A stretch of DNA of 64,000 nt from Gemmatimonadota bacterium (GCA_039589315.1 JBDHHQ010000006.1:32001-96000), one strand, 5' to 3'; shown: positions 1 to 10,382, numbered from the stretch's first letter. Made by a program: numbers and translations. The notes: generated from the letters alone by a model not told the origin.

Positions 1-296
1 TCGCCTCCCCGGGCGGCGGAGAAGAGTCGGGCGCAGAACAGGTCGGAGGTCAAGCGATCGGGGTTCCGGATGCCACCAGCCGGGCCCCGCTGGGAGGCCT
101 GCGGTTCCCGTGGTACCCCGTCGGCCGTCAGCACATCGCCGCAGAGCCGTGACTCCGCGGCCAGCTGCCCAGAGGCCGAGACCGCGGTCACGGCGGCTGC
201 GACCAGGGTCAGGAACCCGGCAAGGCCAGGCCATCCCCGCCGAGCGAGGCCCCGGCCCACGGAGAGCGAGCTCGACGCTCGGGTTCGGACGATCAC
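1..296 (-). CDS. Exported protein, N-terminal part only (continues beyond the window start)
   Basis: GTG at 296 overlaps the upstream stop (GTGA). The frame is open to the window edge: MIVRTRASSSLSVGRGLARRGWPGLAGFLTLVAAAVTAVSASG...LCGDV...DLFCARLF, with a signal-peptide-like hydrophobic stretch. Not in the ORF track. Confidence 0.6.
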   Translation of the reverse strand, partial: MIVRTRASSSLSVGRGLARRGWPGLAGFLTLVAAAVTAVSASGQLAAESRLCGDVLTADGVPREPQASQRGPAGGIRNPDRLTSDLFCARLFSAARGG

Positions 297-3200
297 GCCA
301 CGCCCGGCACGCGGGGTGCCACGACTGGGCCCACCCCGTTCGACTCCAGCAGGCGGTTCAGCGCGTCGAGCTCGTCCCGCAGGATGGCTTGCACGACCTC
401 CAGCTCGAGGGTCAGCTCCTGGTCCACGTCCCGGAAGCGCTCCTGAAGCCCTTCCGTGGGACGGGCGTCGATGTGCTCGCCGCGCTGCGTCTGGGCCGCC
501 GTGATCAGCCAGTTGAGCTGCCGGCGAACCCGACCCGGTTGGTCGAATAGGCCCAGCTCCTGGACCAGGCCATCGCGGGCCGCCTGGAGTCGCTCGGAGA
601 GTTGCGCACTCTCCGTGACAGCTCCGTCCACCCAGCCGGCGTCCGGGAACGACTCCGGCAGCCGTTGCTCCAGGCTCGTCAGCTGGTCGCGGACATCGTC
701 GATGCGGCCCACCGCGTCGTCCAGGGCCGAGAGGCGGGCCATGGCCTCGTACAGGAAGTCGAACTGGTCTTGGAGGTGGGCCACCGAGACCGTGGTGAGG
801 CGGGGGTCCTTCAGGACCGTGAGCGGCTGGGTATCGCTCCAGCCGTCCACGTCCAAGCGGACTCGATACTCGCCGGGCACGGCTCGGGGACCTCCGCCGG
901 AGGTGAGGTCGCGGCCCGGCCTGGCGTACCGCAGATCCCAGACCAGTCGTTGTGATCCCGCCTCGGAGGGTATCCCCTCGAGGCGCCGGACCACGTCGCC
1001 GTCGGCCTCCAGGATCTCCAGCGCCACGGAGCCCGCGCCGGCGGCCAGCTGGTAGTAGATGACCGCCCCTTCCGGCGCGTTGGTGCCCTTCGCGTCCTCC
1101 GGAATCATGGCGCCGAAGACGTGGTCCCGGGCGTAGTGGCCCGGGCCGTCCTGCCAGCGGGAGCGGTAGGCCGGGCGCGGTCGGTGGAGACGGCCTTCCC
1201 CGACTTCGCCCGCGTCGACCTGCCGCAGCAGGCTCAGATCGTCCAGGATCCAGAAGCCGCGGCCCTGCGTCGCCACGGCCAGGTCCCCGAAGGTGGGTTG
1301 GATGGCCAGGTCCGTGATGGGGGATGCCGGCAGCCCCCCCTCGAGCTCCTGCCAGGACGCGCCATCGTCCAGCGAGACGAAGAGGCCGAACTCGGCACCC
1401 GCGAACAGCAGGCCCTCCCGTTCGGGATCCTCCCGGATCGTCCGGGTCGGGTGACCTGCCGGGATACCGTTCATGCCGTCGGCGATGCGGATCCACGTGG
1501 CGCCGTAGTCGTCGGTCCGATATAGGTAGGGCTGCCAGTCGTCCAGGCGGTATCGGTAGGCCGCCAGGTAGGCCCGCTCCGGACGGTGTGGCGAGGGCTC
1601 GATGCGGTTGACCGTGGCGGGCATGGGCAGGTCGGGTGGCGTCACGTCGGACCAGCTCTCGCCCCCATCCCGGCTCAGGTGCACCCGCCCGTCGTTCGAT
1701 CCCGTCCAGAGAACCCCCTGCTGGAGAGGCGATTCCCGGATCTGCAGGAGCGCCGACCAGATCTCGACACCGGTCACGTCGAAGCTGACGGGGCCCCCGG
1801 CCATGGCGAAGCGGGCGGTGTCATTCCCCGTCAGGTCCGGTGAGATGATCTCCCACCGGTGTCCTTCGTCCGTGGAGCGGTGAACGAACTGGGACCCCAC
1901 GTACAGCACGTCCGGGTCGTGGGGCGAGATCTCCAGGGCGAAGTTCCACTGCATGCGGTACCGCAGGTCAGCCTCCGCCATCCCCTCCTGGTTCTGGGGA
2001 TAGGGCCGAACCTGGCGGAACTCCTCGGTGCGCGTGTCGGTCCGGGCCAGGCGGCCGCCGAAACAGCCGCTGAAGACCACGGCCGGGTCGTCGGGACGAG
2101 GTAGGATGGGGCCGGTCTCGCACCCGCCGTGGGACCGCCAATGCTGGAGCGTCACTCCCGTGCCGGTGGCCGCGGTGGGGAGCGAGAGGGACGAGTTGTC
2201 CTGCTGGGTGCCGTAGACGCGGTAAGGGAACTGGTCGTCCACCACCACCGAGTACATCTCGGCGGTAGGTTGGTTGAGCTGGCTCGACCAGGTGCGGCCG
2301 CCATCCAGCGTCACCGTGGCCCCGCCGTCATTCCCCTCCACCATGATCCTGGGATCGTCCGGGTTGATCCAGAGATCGTGATGGTCGCTGTGCGGCATGC
2401 GGAGCGACTGGAAGGTCCGCCCTCCGTCCACCGACTTCCACAGGCCCGAGTTCAGCGCCCAGAGGGTGTTCTCGTCCGTGGGGTCCGCGTGGAGATGGTT
2501 GTAGTACCACGGCCGGGAGCGGATCCTCCGGTCGGGGTTGAGCAGGGCCCACGTCTCGCCTCCGTCCTCCGAGCGGTACAACCCTGCGTCGTCGTCGGGC
2601 GCCTCGACCAGCGCCCAGACCCGGTCCGGATTCGTCGGGGCCACGGTCAGGCCGATCTTGCCGATGAGCCCCGAGGGAAGCCCGTTCTCCAGCTTTCGCC
2701 AGGAGTCCCCGGCATCCGTCGTCTTGTAGACGCCACCCTCCGGTGCGCCCGAGATCATGGTCCACGGCTTCCGCTCCCCACGCCACAGCGCCGCGTACAG
2801 GATGCGAGGGTTCGAGGGGTCCATGACCAAGTCGATGGCGCCGATGGAATCCGAGTGGAAGAGGACCTTGTCCCAGGTGGCGCCTCCGTCAGTCGAGCGG
2901 AAGACGCCCCTCTTTTCGTTGCGCCCGAAGGGGTTGCCCGTGGCGGCGAGGAAGACGTGATCCGGGTCGCGGGGGTGGGTTCGAATGCGGGCCACGGTTC
3001 CGGTTTCGCTCATACCCAGGAACCGCCAGGTGCGGCCTCGGTCGTCCGAGCGCCACACGCCCTTGCCGGTGGTGGCGTTCCCCCGAATCGCGGCCGAGCC
3101 CGTGCCGACGTAGATCACGTTGGGGTCGGCCTCAGCCACCTCGACGGCTCCGATGGAGCCCACGTCCAGCCAACCGTCGGTCACGTTCCGCCAAGACGTG

Positions 3201-3454
3201 CCGGCGTTCTCGGTGATCCACACGCCGCCACCGGTCGAGCCCATGAAGAACGTGTGCGGCCGCCCCGGCACGCCGTCCACTGCCGTGACCCGTCCGCCGC
3301 GGAAGGGCCCCAGCTGGCGGAAGGTCAGGGCGTTGAGCGTGGGGGGCGGCAGCGGGCCGTCCTGCGCCCGGAGCGGGATGGCGCCTTCAGTCGTAACCAG
3401 GCCGAAGAGGACGAGCCAGACGGCGGGGCGGGGGACGCGAGTCCGGAGCGGCAT
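293..3454 (-). CDS. VPS10/sortilin-like BNR-repeat beta-propeller protein (glycosyl hydrolase-like), exported
   Basis: 1053 aa; signal peptide; GPFRGGRVTAV start motif; many Asp-box repeats (SxDGGxTW); C-terminal helical region. Confidence 0.9.
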   Translation of the reverse strand: MPLRTRVPRPAVWLVLFGLVTTEGAIPLRAQDGPLPPPTLNALTFRQLGPFRGGRVTAVDGVPGRPHTFFMGSTGGGVWITENAGTSWRNVTDGWLDVGSIGAVEVAEADPNVIYVGTGSAAIRGNATTGKGVWRSDDRGRTWRFLGMSETGTVARIRTHPRDPDHVFLAATGNPFGRNEKRGVFRSTDGGATWDKVLFHSDSIGAIDLVMDPSNPRILYAALWRGERKPWTMISGAPEGGVYKTTDAGDSWRKLENGLPSGLIGKIGLTVAPTNPDRVWALVEAPDDDAGLYRSEDGGETWALLNPDRRIRSRPWYYNHLHADPTDENTLWALNSGLWKSVDGGRTFQSLRMPHSDHHDLWINPDDPRIMVEGNDGGATVTLDGGRTWSSQLNQPTAEMYSVVVDDQFPYRVYGTQQDNSSLSLPTAATGTGVTLQHWRSHGGCETGPILPRPDDPAVVFSGCFGGRLARTDTRTEEFRQVRPYPQNQEGMAEADLRYRMQWNFALEISPHDPDVLYVGSQFVHRSTDEGHRWEIISPDLTGNDTARFAMAGGPVSFDVTGVEIWSALLQIRESPLQQGVLWTGSNDGRVHLSRDGGESWSDVTPPDLPMPATVNRIEPSPHRPERAYLAAYRYRLDDWQPYLYRTDDYGATWIRIADGMNGIPAGHPTRTIREDPEREGLLFAGAEFGLFVSLDDGASWQELEGGLPASPITDLAIQPTFGDLAVATQGRGFWILDDLSLLRQVDAGEVGEGRLHRPRPAYRSRWQDGPGHYARDHVFGAMIPEDAKGTNAPEGAVIYYQLAAGAGSVALEILEADGDVVRRLEGIPSEAGSQRLVWDLRYARPGRDLTSGGGPRAVPGEYRVRLDVDGWSDTQPLTVLKDPRLTTVSVAHLQDQFDFLYEAMARLSALDDAVGRIDDVRDQLTSLEQRLPESFPDAGWVDGAVTESAQLSERLQAARDGLVQELGLFDQPGRVRRQLNWLITAAQTQRGEHIDARPTEGLQERFRDVDQELTLELEVVQAILRDELDALNRLLESNGVGPVVAPRVPGVA

Positions 3455-3571
3455 CGGGTGACCCTGTGTCGGTGGCGGTTTGAAGCTGGGGAGCGCCAGG
3501 AAGACTTCCCCCGGGGACCCGGCCGGGTCAAGGGCGAAGCCGGGTCCCCCGAGGCCGCCACCGAAGATCGG

Positions 3572-4075
3572 TTACCTGGACAGGAGCCGGTCGACCGAGA
3601 GGCCGCCGCTTCCACGGATCACGACAGCGACCGCGATGCCGATGGCGAGCAGGAAGAACTCGACCCCTTCGCCGGGCTGGGTTCCCGCCCAGTTCATGAA
3701 GAACCCGTTCTGCAGGTGCGACGTCGCGGCCGCCACCACCATCACCGCGCCAACGCCCAGTGCCGCGAACCGCCCCATGACGCCCAGGATCAGAGCGAGG
3801 CCGCCGAAGAACTCGACCAGGATGGCAAGCAAGGCGAAGACGGCCGGGATCCCCATGGTCTCCGTGAAGAAGGTCATCGTTCCGGTGAAGCCATACCCGC
3901 CGAACCAGCCCAGCAGCTTCTGCGCGCCGTGGGGAAGGATCATGACCCCCAGCGCGAGGCGTAGAATCAGGCCGGTCGCCTCGGCATCCGTGGCCAACAG
4001 GCGGCGGAGTGTCCGGGGAATCGTCTGGGACGACGAGAAGTCGAGTGCGTCGAGCGTTGCTGTCGTCGTGCTCAT
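3572..4075 (-). CDS. DoxX family membrane protein
   Basis: LRLALG...HGAQKLLGWFGG...EFFGG...G.EFFLL...G.G.LS.D pattern; AAGGAG RBS upstream. Confidence 0.9.
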   Translation of the reverse strand: MSTTTATLDALDFSSSQTIPRTLRRLLATDAEATGLILRLALGVMILPHGAQKLLGWFGGYGFTGTMTFFTETMGIPAVFALLAILVEFFGGLALILGVMGRFAALGVGAVMVVAAATSHLQNGFFMNWAGTQPGEGVEFFLLAIGIAVAVVIRGSGGLSVDRLLSR

Positions 4076-4139
4076 GAGAAAACTCCTTGTGATAGCAATT
4101 GTTGACTAGACAGGTATTACTCCAATGAAAACCTGCTCT

Positions 4140-4575
4140 TCATCGCGGTAGACCCGCCCGGACGCGGTCGAGAAGCGCGATCAGCTCCATTGTCTGGGCC
4201 GTGTCCAGCCCCTGCAGCGCCTCTTCGTCCCTCCGGTCCACGAGGTCACAGGACACAGCGACGATCCGAGGCCAACCGCTCCCGTTCCACGAGGCCCTTC
4301 TTCTCGAGGCGATCGATGAGCCGCGTGATCCCGGGCGTGGGTTGGATCAACCGCTCACCGATCTCCAGCGTCGGCAGTCCGGCAGGGCCAGCACCCCGGA
4401 GAATCCGCAGCACGTTGTACTGCTGGACCGTGAGGTCGTGGGCGGCCAGAGACTGCTCCAGGAAGCGATGCACCACGTCCGCCGCCCGGGCCAGGGCCAC
4501 AAGGGCTTCCTGAGCCGGCGACCGGAACGGCCGGGTCTGCCGGATCTCCTCGCGCACTGAAGTGGGCGTGTCCAT
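4140..4575 (-). pseudogene. MarR family regulator disrupted by an internal deletion/frameshift
   Basis: MDTPTSVREEI...LTVQQYNVLRILRGA...ITRLIDRLEKKGLVERER..DRRCVL stops at 4246. A MarR-like C-terminal helix (DLVDRRDEEALQGLDTAQTMELIALLDRVRAGLPR*) continues in another frame to 4140. Confidence 0.75.
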
Positions 4576-4610
4576 GCAGATACTATAATAGTCATTAAAT
4601 AACCAGTCAA
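4576..4610 (-). promoter_or_regulatory. Sigma70-type leaderless promoter of marR
   Basis: Minus strand reads TTGACT-N17-TATAGT-N6-ATG; AT-rich island in GC-rich DNA; no RBS. Confidence 0.75.
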
Positions 4611-4679
4611 GTAAGTTCCGGCAGAAGAAACGCCGCGTGTGCGAGATCAGCACCGTTGAAGAGGCTGGGATGGGGCGCC

Positions 4680-6953
4680 TCAACCCATGAGCTTCTTCAG
4701 GAGGCTTCGCACGGCGCCCTCGTACCGCTTCACGACGAGGACGGAAGCCGGCGAATACCGAGCCACTCGCTCTGGGATCTCTCCCAGCAGGATCTTCTGA
4801 AAGAGGGGCTCGCGCGCGGCGCCGAGAATCACCAGGTCGTATTCCCGGCTCGCCTGGGCGAGCCCTCCGGCGATGGACCTGGACTCGATGACCGTCTCCT
4901 CGACCGAGACCTCCGGACCGATGAGGTCCGTCGTCTTCTCGATCCACCGACCCGCCTCGACTCGATCCCGCTCCGTGGCGCCCGGCGGCACCACGTTCAC
5001 CGCCGTGACCTGCATGTCGAAGGCTTTGGCGAGCGTACCCAGCATCTCCCCGGCGAGGCGGGCGTGGCTTCCCCCCGCGGTCGGGAAGAGCACGCGTCGA
5101 AACCGGGCCTCCGGCACGAGCTTCAGCACGAGCAAGTCGCAGGGGGCGTGACGAATGATCTGATCCGCCACCTCGCCGAAGATCCGGTCCCTGGTGTTCG
5201 TGAACCCCTTCCAACCGATCAGGAGCAGTTCGGCCCGATGCCGCTCTGCGGCCTGAAGAATGCCCTCGTGCACCCGGTGCGCGACGATCACGTCGGTCTC
5301 CAGGTCCATCCCACGGTGAGACGCGTGCTCCCTGGCCGACCTCAGCAGGGGCTCCCGGTGGTGCGTGAAGCGAAGGCCTTCGTGGATGGGGAGCTGGATG
5401 GGCACGTTGACGACCGTGACGGCCACGAGCCGAAGACCTCGGGCCCGGGCCATGGGGATGGCGAAGTCCAGCATCGGCGCCACGTGGTCGGGGTTGTGCA
5501 GCGTGACCACGACGGACCGTTCCTCTCGGGTGGGCACACGGCTCGGAATCAGCACGCGGGGCTTCACCTCGGCGGACACCTTCTCGAAGTACCCGAAGTA
5601 GACGAGCAGGCCCAGGACGATCCAGCCGGCGGTGATGTACCACGCGAGGGGCTGGAAGCTGAACTGGTACAGGGCCAGGAAGACGTTCAGGACAACGCCG
5701 AGGATGGGCGTTACCGGATAGAACGGGACCTTGTAGCGTCGGGGAATCTCGGGTGCCTTCCGGCGAAGGGCGATGAGGGAGAGGTTCACCAGCGCGAACG
5801 TGAGCAGGAAGATCAGGCTGGCTGCCGAGCCCACCGCCTCGATGGGTAAGGTCAGGGCCATGGCCAGCAGGATGGCGCCGGTCAGGTAGATGGCGACGTC
5901 CGGCGTCCGCCGCTTCGGGTGGATTCGCGCCACTCCCCGCGGAAGCCACCGGTCCCGCGCCATCGAGAACGCAACGCGGGACGACGCCATGACCGTCGCG
6001 TTCAACGCCGACATGGTGGAGAGCAGGCCGCCGAAGACGATGACCGCCACACCGAACGCCGGCATGAAGTCCTCGGCAGCCCTGACGATGGCGGTTTCGC
6101 CGTACTCCCCGAGGAATTGCCAAGAGGGACGGTCGCCTGCCGAAACCGCCCCTAGGGAGACGAAGAGGATCAGCAGGTACATGGTGACGGTGATGGCCAA
6201 GGCGATGAAGGTGGCCCTGGGGATGTTCCTCTCCGGCTCCTTGATCTCCTCGGCGACGGTGGCGATCAGGTCGTAGCCCTCGAACGCGATGAAGGTGAGA
6301 CCCATGGCGACGATCACCCCTCCCGAGCCGAACGGGAAGAACGGCCTGAACTGCTGGGCCGCGGCGTCCGGGGCCCCCAGCACCTTCTCGAGGCCGTAGA
6401 AGATGAACACACCAAGGACCACCAGCTTGGCGATCGTGAGCGCATTCTCGGCCTTGCCCGTGACGGCCGCACCCCGGGCGTTCAGCGCGATGAACGCCAC
6501 TCCGATGAAGAGTGTGACGAAGAGGGTGGGCGCGTGCTCCCCCACCACGCCGAAGAACGCGTGGGTGACGCCCGGGAAGTACTTGAGGAAGAGCTCCCAG
6601 AAATAGCCGGCGAAGCCCAGCGCATACAGGCTGCACGCGACCGTGTAGGCGAACCAGAGCATCCACCCGGACGTGAAGCCGAGCGCACCCGGGAACGCCA
6701 TCCGCACGTAGGAATAGCCGCCGCCGGCTCGGGGGACGGCGGACGCGAGCTCCGCGTAGGCGAACGCGGTCATTAGCGTGACCACGCCATTGAGGGCGAA
6801 GGCCAGAATGGAGGCGGGTCCCGCTACGCCGGCCGCCATGCCCGTAAGCACGAAGATGCCGGCGCCGATCATGGCCCCGACGCCGATCATGGTGGCGTCG
6901 AAGAGCCCTAGATCCCGGGCGAACGTGGTCTGGGACGAATCGTGATGAGCCAT
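4680..6953 (-). CDS. APC family amino acid permease fused to two universal stress protein (USP) domains
   Basis: GAMIGAGIF, AELASAVPRAGGGY, FIAFEGYDLIA..EEIKEP; about 12 TM segments; two C-terminal USP-like repeats (IFGEVADQIIRHAPCD, LLGEIPERVARYSPASVLVV). Confidence 0.9.
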   Translation of the reverse strand: MAHHDSSQTTFARDLGLFDATMIGVGAMIGAGIFVLTGMAAGVAGPASILAFALNGVVTLMTAFAYAELASAVPRAGGGYSYVRMAFPGALGFTSGWMLWFAYTVACSLYALGFAGYFWELFLKYFPGVTHAFFGVVGEHAPTLFVTLFIGVAFIALNARGAAVTGKAENALTIAKLVVLGVFIFYGLEKVLGAPDAAAQQFRPFFPFGSGGVIVAMGLTFIAFEGYDLIATVAEEIKEPERNIPRATFIALAITVTMYLLILFVSLGAVSAGDRPSWQFLGEYGETAIVRAAEDFMPAFGVAVIVFGGLLSTMSALNATVMASSRVAFSMARDRWLPRGVARIHPKRRTPDVAIYLTGAILLAMALTLPIEAVGSAASLIFLLTFALVNLSLIALRRKAPEIPRRYKVPFYPVTPILGVVLNVFLALYQFSFQPLAWYITAGWIVLGLLVYFGYFEKVSAEVKPRVLIPSRVPTREERSVVVTLHNPDHVAPMLDFAIPMARARGLRLVAVTVVNVPIQLPIHEGLRFTHHREPLLRSAREHASHRGMDLETDVIVAHRVHEGILQAAERHRAELLLIGWKGFTNTRDRIFGEVADQIIRHAPCDLLVLKLVPEARFRRVLFPTAGGSHARLAGEMLGTLAKAFDMQVTAVNVVPPGATERDRVEAGRWIEKTTDLIGPEVSVEETVIESRSIAGGLAQASREYDLVILGAAREPLFQKILLGEIPERVARYSPASVLVVKRYEGAVRSLLKKLMG

Positions 6954-7182
6954 GACCGACCGGACTGCGTGGTTGGGCCCAGCGTCGGGTCCGACGGTGC
7001 GACGAGGGACGGCGTCACAGTGGCCGCGCCGCTTCGGGGAGGCAAGACGCGGCGGGCGAGGCGGGGGGCGGCTGCTGCCCGATCCGAGCGACGGCCCGCG
7101 GACCGGAAGAACTCCCGGGGCCTCCCATCAGGACGATGACGGAAACGCTCGCGTTCCGGACGAGGTGACGTAAGCTTGGGAG

Positions 7183-7428
7183 ATGGTCAACTTCCCCGAT
7201 CCCCTGGACGAGGCGTTCCCGCTCGGCGATGGCACGGCCGATCTCGGCGCCGAGGCCTACTGCCCCTACTGCGGTGAGGTCGTCGAGCTGGCTCTCGATC
7301 CCGGGGGCGGCAGCGTCCAGGAATACGTCGAGGATTGCCCGGTCTGCTGCAGGCCGTGGCTGGTGACCGTCAGGTGGGACCTGGACGGGCTCGCCACGGT
7401 GGATTTGAAAGCCGAGGACGAGTCCTAG
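7183..7428 (+). CDS. CPXCG-motif cysteine-rich zinc-ribbon protein
   Basis: CPYCGE...QEYVEDCPVCCRPW; TAAGCT (-10-like) lies 6 nt before the ATG. Confidence 0.85.
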   Translation: MVNFPDPLDEAFPLGDGTADLGAEAYCPYCGEVVELALDPGGGSVQEYVEDCPVCCRPWLVTVRWDLDGLATVDLKAEDES

Positions 7429-7558
7429 TGTGGCACCTCGCCAACACGGGGATCCCCGTCTGCCGCCGCAACGAGGATCGGCGGTCCAGCGGATCCGACG
7501 CTCCCGCGCCATTCGGCGCGTCCGTCACCTCCGACCCCGCCCGACGCGGCGCGGCCGC

Positions 7559-10024
7559 TCATTCGGCCCGCAACGCCTCCACTGGATCCACCCGGGTAGC
7601 CCGGAGAGCCGGTACCAGGCAGGCCGCCGCGGCCACGAGGGCGAAGATGACCGCGATGCCTCCGAAAGTGGAGGGGTCGGTGGCGGTGATCCCAACCAGC
7701 ATGCTCTCCATGACGCGGGTCAGCGCCAGGGCCGCAACCAGGCCCAGGCCGATCCCCGCTCCGGCCAGCGCCATCCCCTGTCGGACCACCAGCCGCAATA
7801 TCGTGCGGCGCTCGGCGCCGAAGGCCATGCGAATGCCGATCTCGCCCGTGCGCTGGCGAACCGTGTAGGCCAGGACTCCATAGAGACCCACCGCCGCGAG
7901 CACGAGAGCGATGAGGCCGAAGATGCCGATGAGAACCAGGGAAAACCGCGTGCTGGCCATGGACTCGTCCACGTACGCTTGCATCGGGCGCACGTTGTCC
8001 AGGGGAATCAGCTCATCGAGGGCCGCGACTTCCCGCCTGACCTGCCCGACCAGGCTCGTGGGCTCCACCGACGCCCGGACGGCCCAGGTCATGGCACCGA
8101 AGCTGCCCACGTAACGGTCCGCAAAGAAGACGGTCTCCCGCCCGTCGCGAGCCACCGAGGGGTGCCGCTGGTGCTCCACGACACCGATGATCTCGACGAA
8201 CTGCGGCTCCGGGGTCGTAGCGCGGATGAGAATCCGCTTCCCCACTGCCGACTGACTCGGGAATAGCTCCTGTGCGAGCTTCTCGTCCACCACGACGACC
8301 AAGGCGCTGTCCGCGTTGTCCGCCTCGGTGAAGGTGCGGCCCTCGATCAGGCGTGTGCCGAGCACTTCGAAGAAGCCGGGCAGGACCACCCGGTAGTCGG
8401 CCTGGCCGTACTGCGTCTCGTCCTCCAGCGCCTCCTCCGGACCGTAGCGACCCGCGAACGCCTGCTCGTCCAGGGGGATCGGGAAGGCACCGCTCACCCC
8501 CACCACGCCGGGCAGCCCGGCCAGGCGCTCCTGGAGCTGTCGCTGAAACAGGTCCCGATCCGTCGGGTCCGGATAGCGCGCGCCAGGCAGCTGCAGCCCG
8601 AAGGTCAGCACGCCCTGGGCATCGTAGCCGGGATCGACCCGCTGAAGCTCGACGAAGCTCCGCACCATGAGCCCGGCGCCGATGAGGAGCACCAGCGAAA
8701 GGGCCACCTCGGCGATCACGACGCCGTTGCGTAGGAGCCGCTGGACGTTGGAGGTCGCCGAGCGGCTTCGCTCCTTGAGGGACTCGGTGAGCTGAAGGCG
8801 GGAGGCCTGGAGCGCGGGCAGCAGGCCGAAGATGAGCGCCGCCAGGAGCGTGGCGCCGACCGTGAAGCCCAGGACCGCACCGTCGATGCCCACCGTCTCG
8901 ATCCGAGGCAGGTCCCCCGGCTGGAGGGCCAGGAGCAGGTCGATCCCCACGGTCGCGAGCAGCAATCCCCCGAGGCCGCCGACGGCTGCCAGGACCACGC
9001 TCTCGATCAACATCTGGCCGATGATACGCCGGCTTCCAGCTCCCATGGCGGCACGCACCGCCACTTCACGCTCCCGGGCCGAGGCTCGCACCAGAAGCAG
9101 GTTGGACACGTTGGCGCAGGCGATGAGCAGCACGAACGCCACCGCGCCCATGAGCGCCCACATGACCGGACGCACCTGACTCGTCAGATCCTCGTGAAGC
9201 GGGACGACGTGCAGCTGGAATCCCGAGGTCTCCTTGATCTGGTCCTGCTCTCGAAGTCGGGTGGCCAGGGCAGACATCTCCGCCTGGGCCTGCTCGATGG
9301 ATGCGCCGGGTCGGAGACGGCCGACCACCCTGAGGAAGACGTTGTTTCGGTTCCCGGTGTCGAAGTCGATCCGGGCCGCGGTCCAGAGGTCCACGTCCTC
9401 CGGCATTTGGGCGCCGGGTGGCATGTGCAACCGGAAATCGGGAGGCAGGATGCCCACGATCTCGGCGGCCTGGCCACCCAGCTCCACGGAGCGACCGACG
9501 ACGTCCGGCGCGCGGCCGAACTTCCGCTGCCAGAAGCCGTGGCTCAGAATGACGATGCCCGGCGGCTGGGACCCCGCCTGGGCGTCGGGATCGGGCGGGA
9601 TCACGTCGTCGGGGATGAAGTCCCGGCCCGTGCTGGGACTCACGCCCAGGAGCCGGAAGAAGCTCTCGGTGACGCCGCCGACCGTGATCTGGACCGGATC
9701 GCCTTCGCCGGTGAGCGGCTGCCGAAACGTGAAGACGCCGGCCAGGTCCTCGAAGAGCTCGGTCTGCTCCCGGTAATCGCGAAAGTCAGGGGGCGAGTGG
9801 GGCCAGTACGGCATGTTTCTGGCCTGGAGCTCTCCCCAGACCATGACGAGCCGGTCCGGGTCGCCGTACGGGAGGGGTCTGAGCAGGACGGCCCGCACCA
9901 CCGAGAAGATGGCCGTGTTCGCTCCCACGCCGAGCGCGATGGTCACGATGGCCACGGCCGCGAAGCCGGGGTTCTTGATCAGCGACCGGACGGCGTAGCG
10001 GACGTCTCTCCACGGTTGCTCCAT
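7559..10024 (-). CDS. Duplicated MacB/FtsX-type ABC permease (ADOP-like, no adjacent ATPase)
   Basis: WRDVRYAVRSLIKNPGF, LLIACANVSNLLL, R.REVAVRAAMGA, QRTGEIGIRMAFGA, RVDPVEALRAE. Start could be 10081. Confidence 0.9.
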   Translation of the reverse strand: MEQPWRDVRYAVRSLIKNPGFAAVAIVTIALGVGANTAIFSVVRAVLLRPLPYGDPDRLVMVWGELQARNMPYWPHSPPDFRDYREQTELFEDLAGVFTFRQPLTGEGDPVQITVGGVTESFFRLLGVSPSTGRDFIPDDVIPPDPDAQAGSQPPGIVILSHGFWQRKFGRAPDVVGRSVELGGQAAEIVGILPPDFRLHMPPGAQMPEDVDLWTAARIDFDTGNRNNVFLRVVGRLRPGASIEQAQAEMSALATRLREQDQIKETSGFQLHVVPLHEDLTSQVRPVMWALMGAVAFVLLIACANVSNLLLVRASAREREVAVRAAMGAGSRRIIGQMLIESVVLAAVGGLGGLLLATVGIDLLLALQPGDLPRIETVGIDGAVLGFTVGATLLAALIFGLLPALQASRLQLTESLKERSRSATSNVQRLLRNGVVIAEVALSLVLLIGAGLMVRSFVELQRVDPGYDAQGVLTFGLQLPGARYPDPTDRDLFQRQLQERLAGLPGVVGVSGAFPIPLDEQAFAGRYGPEEALEDETQYGQADYRVVLPGFFEVLGTRLIEGRTFTEADNADSALVVVVDEKLAQELFPSQSAVGKRILIRATTPEPQFVEIIGVVEHQRHPSVARDGRETVFFADRYVGSFGAMTWAVRASVEPTSLVGQVRREVAALDELIPLDNVRPMQAYVDESMASTRFSLVLIGIFGLIALVLAAVGLYGVLAYTVRQRTGEIGIRMAFGAERRTILRLVVRQGMALAGAGIGLGLVAALALTRVMESMLVGITATDPSTFGGIAVIFALVAAAACLVPALRATRVDPVEALRAE

Positions 10025-10142
10025 CTCACCCCTCCCGAGCGTCTCCAGCCGATCGATGACACGGCCCGCGGCCGCCCCCATCCAACATCGGGCTCAGGGC
10101 CGGGTCGTGCAAAGAAACGCCCGGGCCCCATCCCTGCGCCCG

Positions 10143-10259
10143 TCAGATCCGGGTTGGTCCCTGCGTGGCCTCGGACGACCACGTCATGAAGTCTCGGATG
10201 TCCTGGTTGGACGTGACGATATCCTCGGCCCGCAGGTACATCATGTGGCCGCTCGGGTA
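10143..10259 (-). pseudogene. C-terminal remnant of a serine carboxypeptidase (S10-like)
   Basis: YPSGHMMYLRAEDIVTSNQDIRDFMTW...*; the GHM(M)Y catalytic-His motif is present, with no matching N-terminal coding region upstream. Confidence 0.6.
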
Positions 10260-10370
10260 GCGCTGGGGGCTTTCGGCGCCGAGACGTTCTCGGCCGTGAT
10301 ACTCACCGCCTTCGTGCTGAACCTGATCACGCCTGCCGGCCTGAAGGGATGTGCCGTGCTGCTCAGCCGA
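10260..10370 (+). pseudogene. C-terminal remnant of a membrane transporter (cation:proton antiporter-like last TM helix)
   Basis: ALGAFGAETFSAVILTAFVLNLITPAGLKGCAVLL with genome-like codon usage; no start or upstream domain. Confidence 0.45.
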
Positions 10371-10382
10371 CAGGAGGACGGC

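Noticed and set aside
4246..4248. TGA in marR at a position where homologues often have Cys (possible third Sec codon)
   Set aside because: In-frame readthrough gives non-MarR sequence (PRGPEGRRG...). The real tail is in another frame with residues missing, so this is a deletion, not recoding.
4576..6666. 806-aa minus-strand ORF 4246..6666
   Set aside because: Alternative frame of the permease; only the last ~110 codons (MarR) are real.
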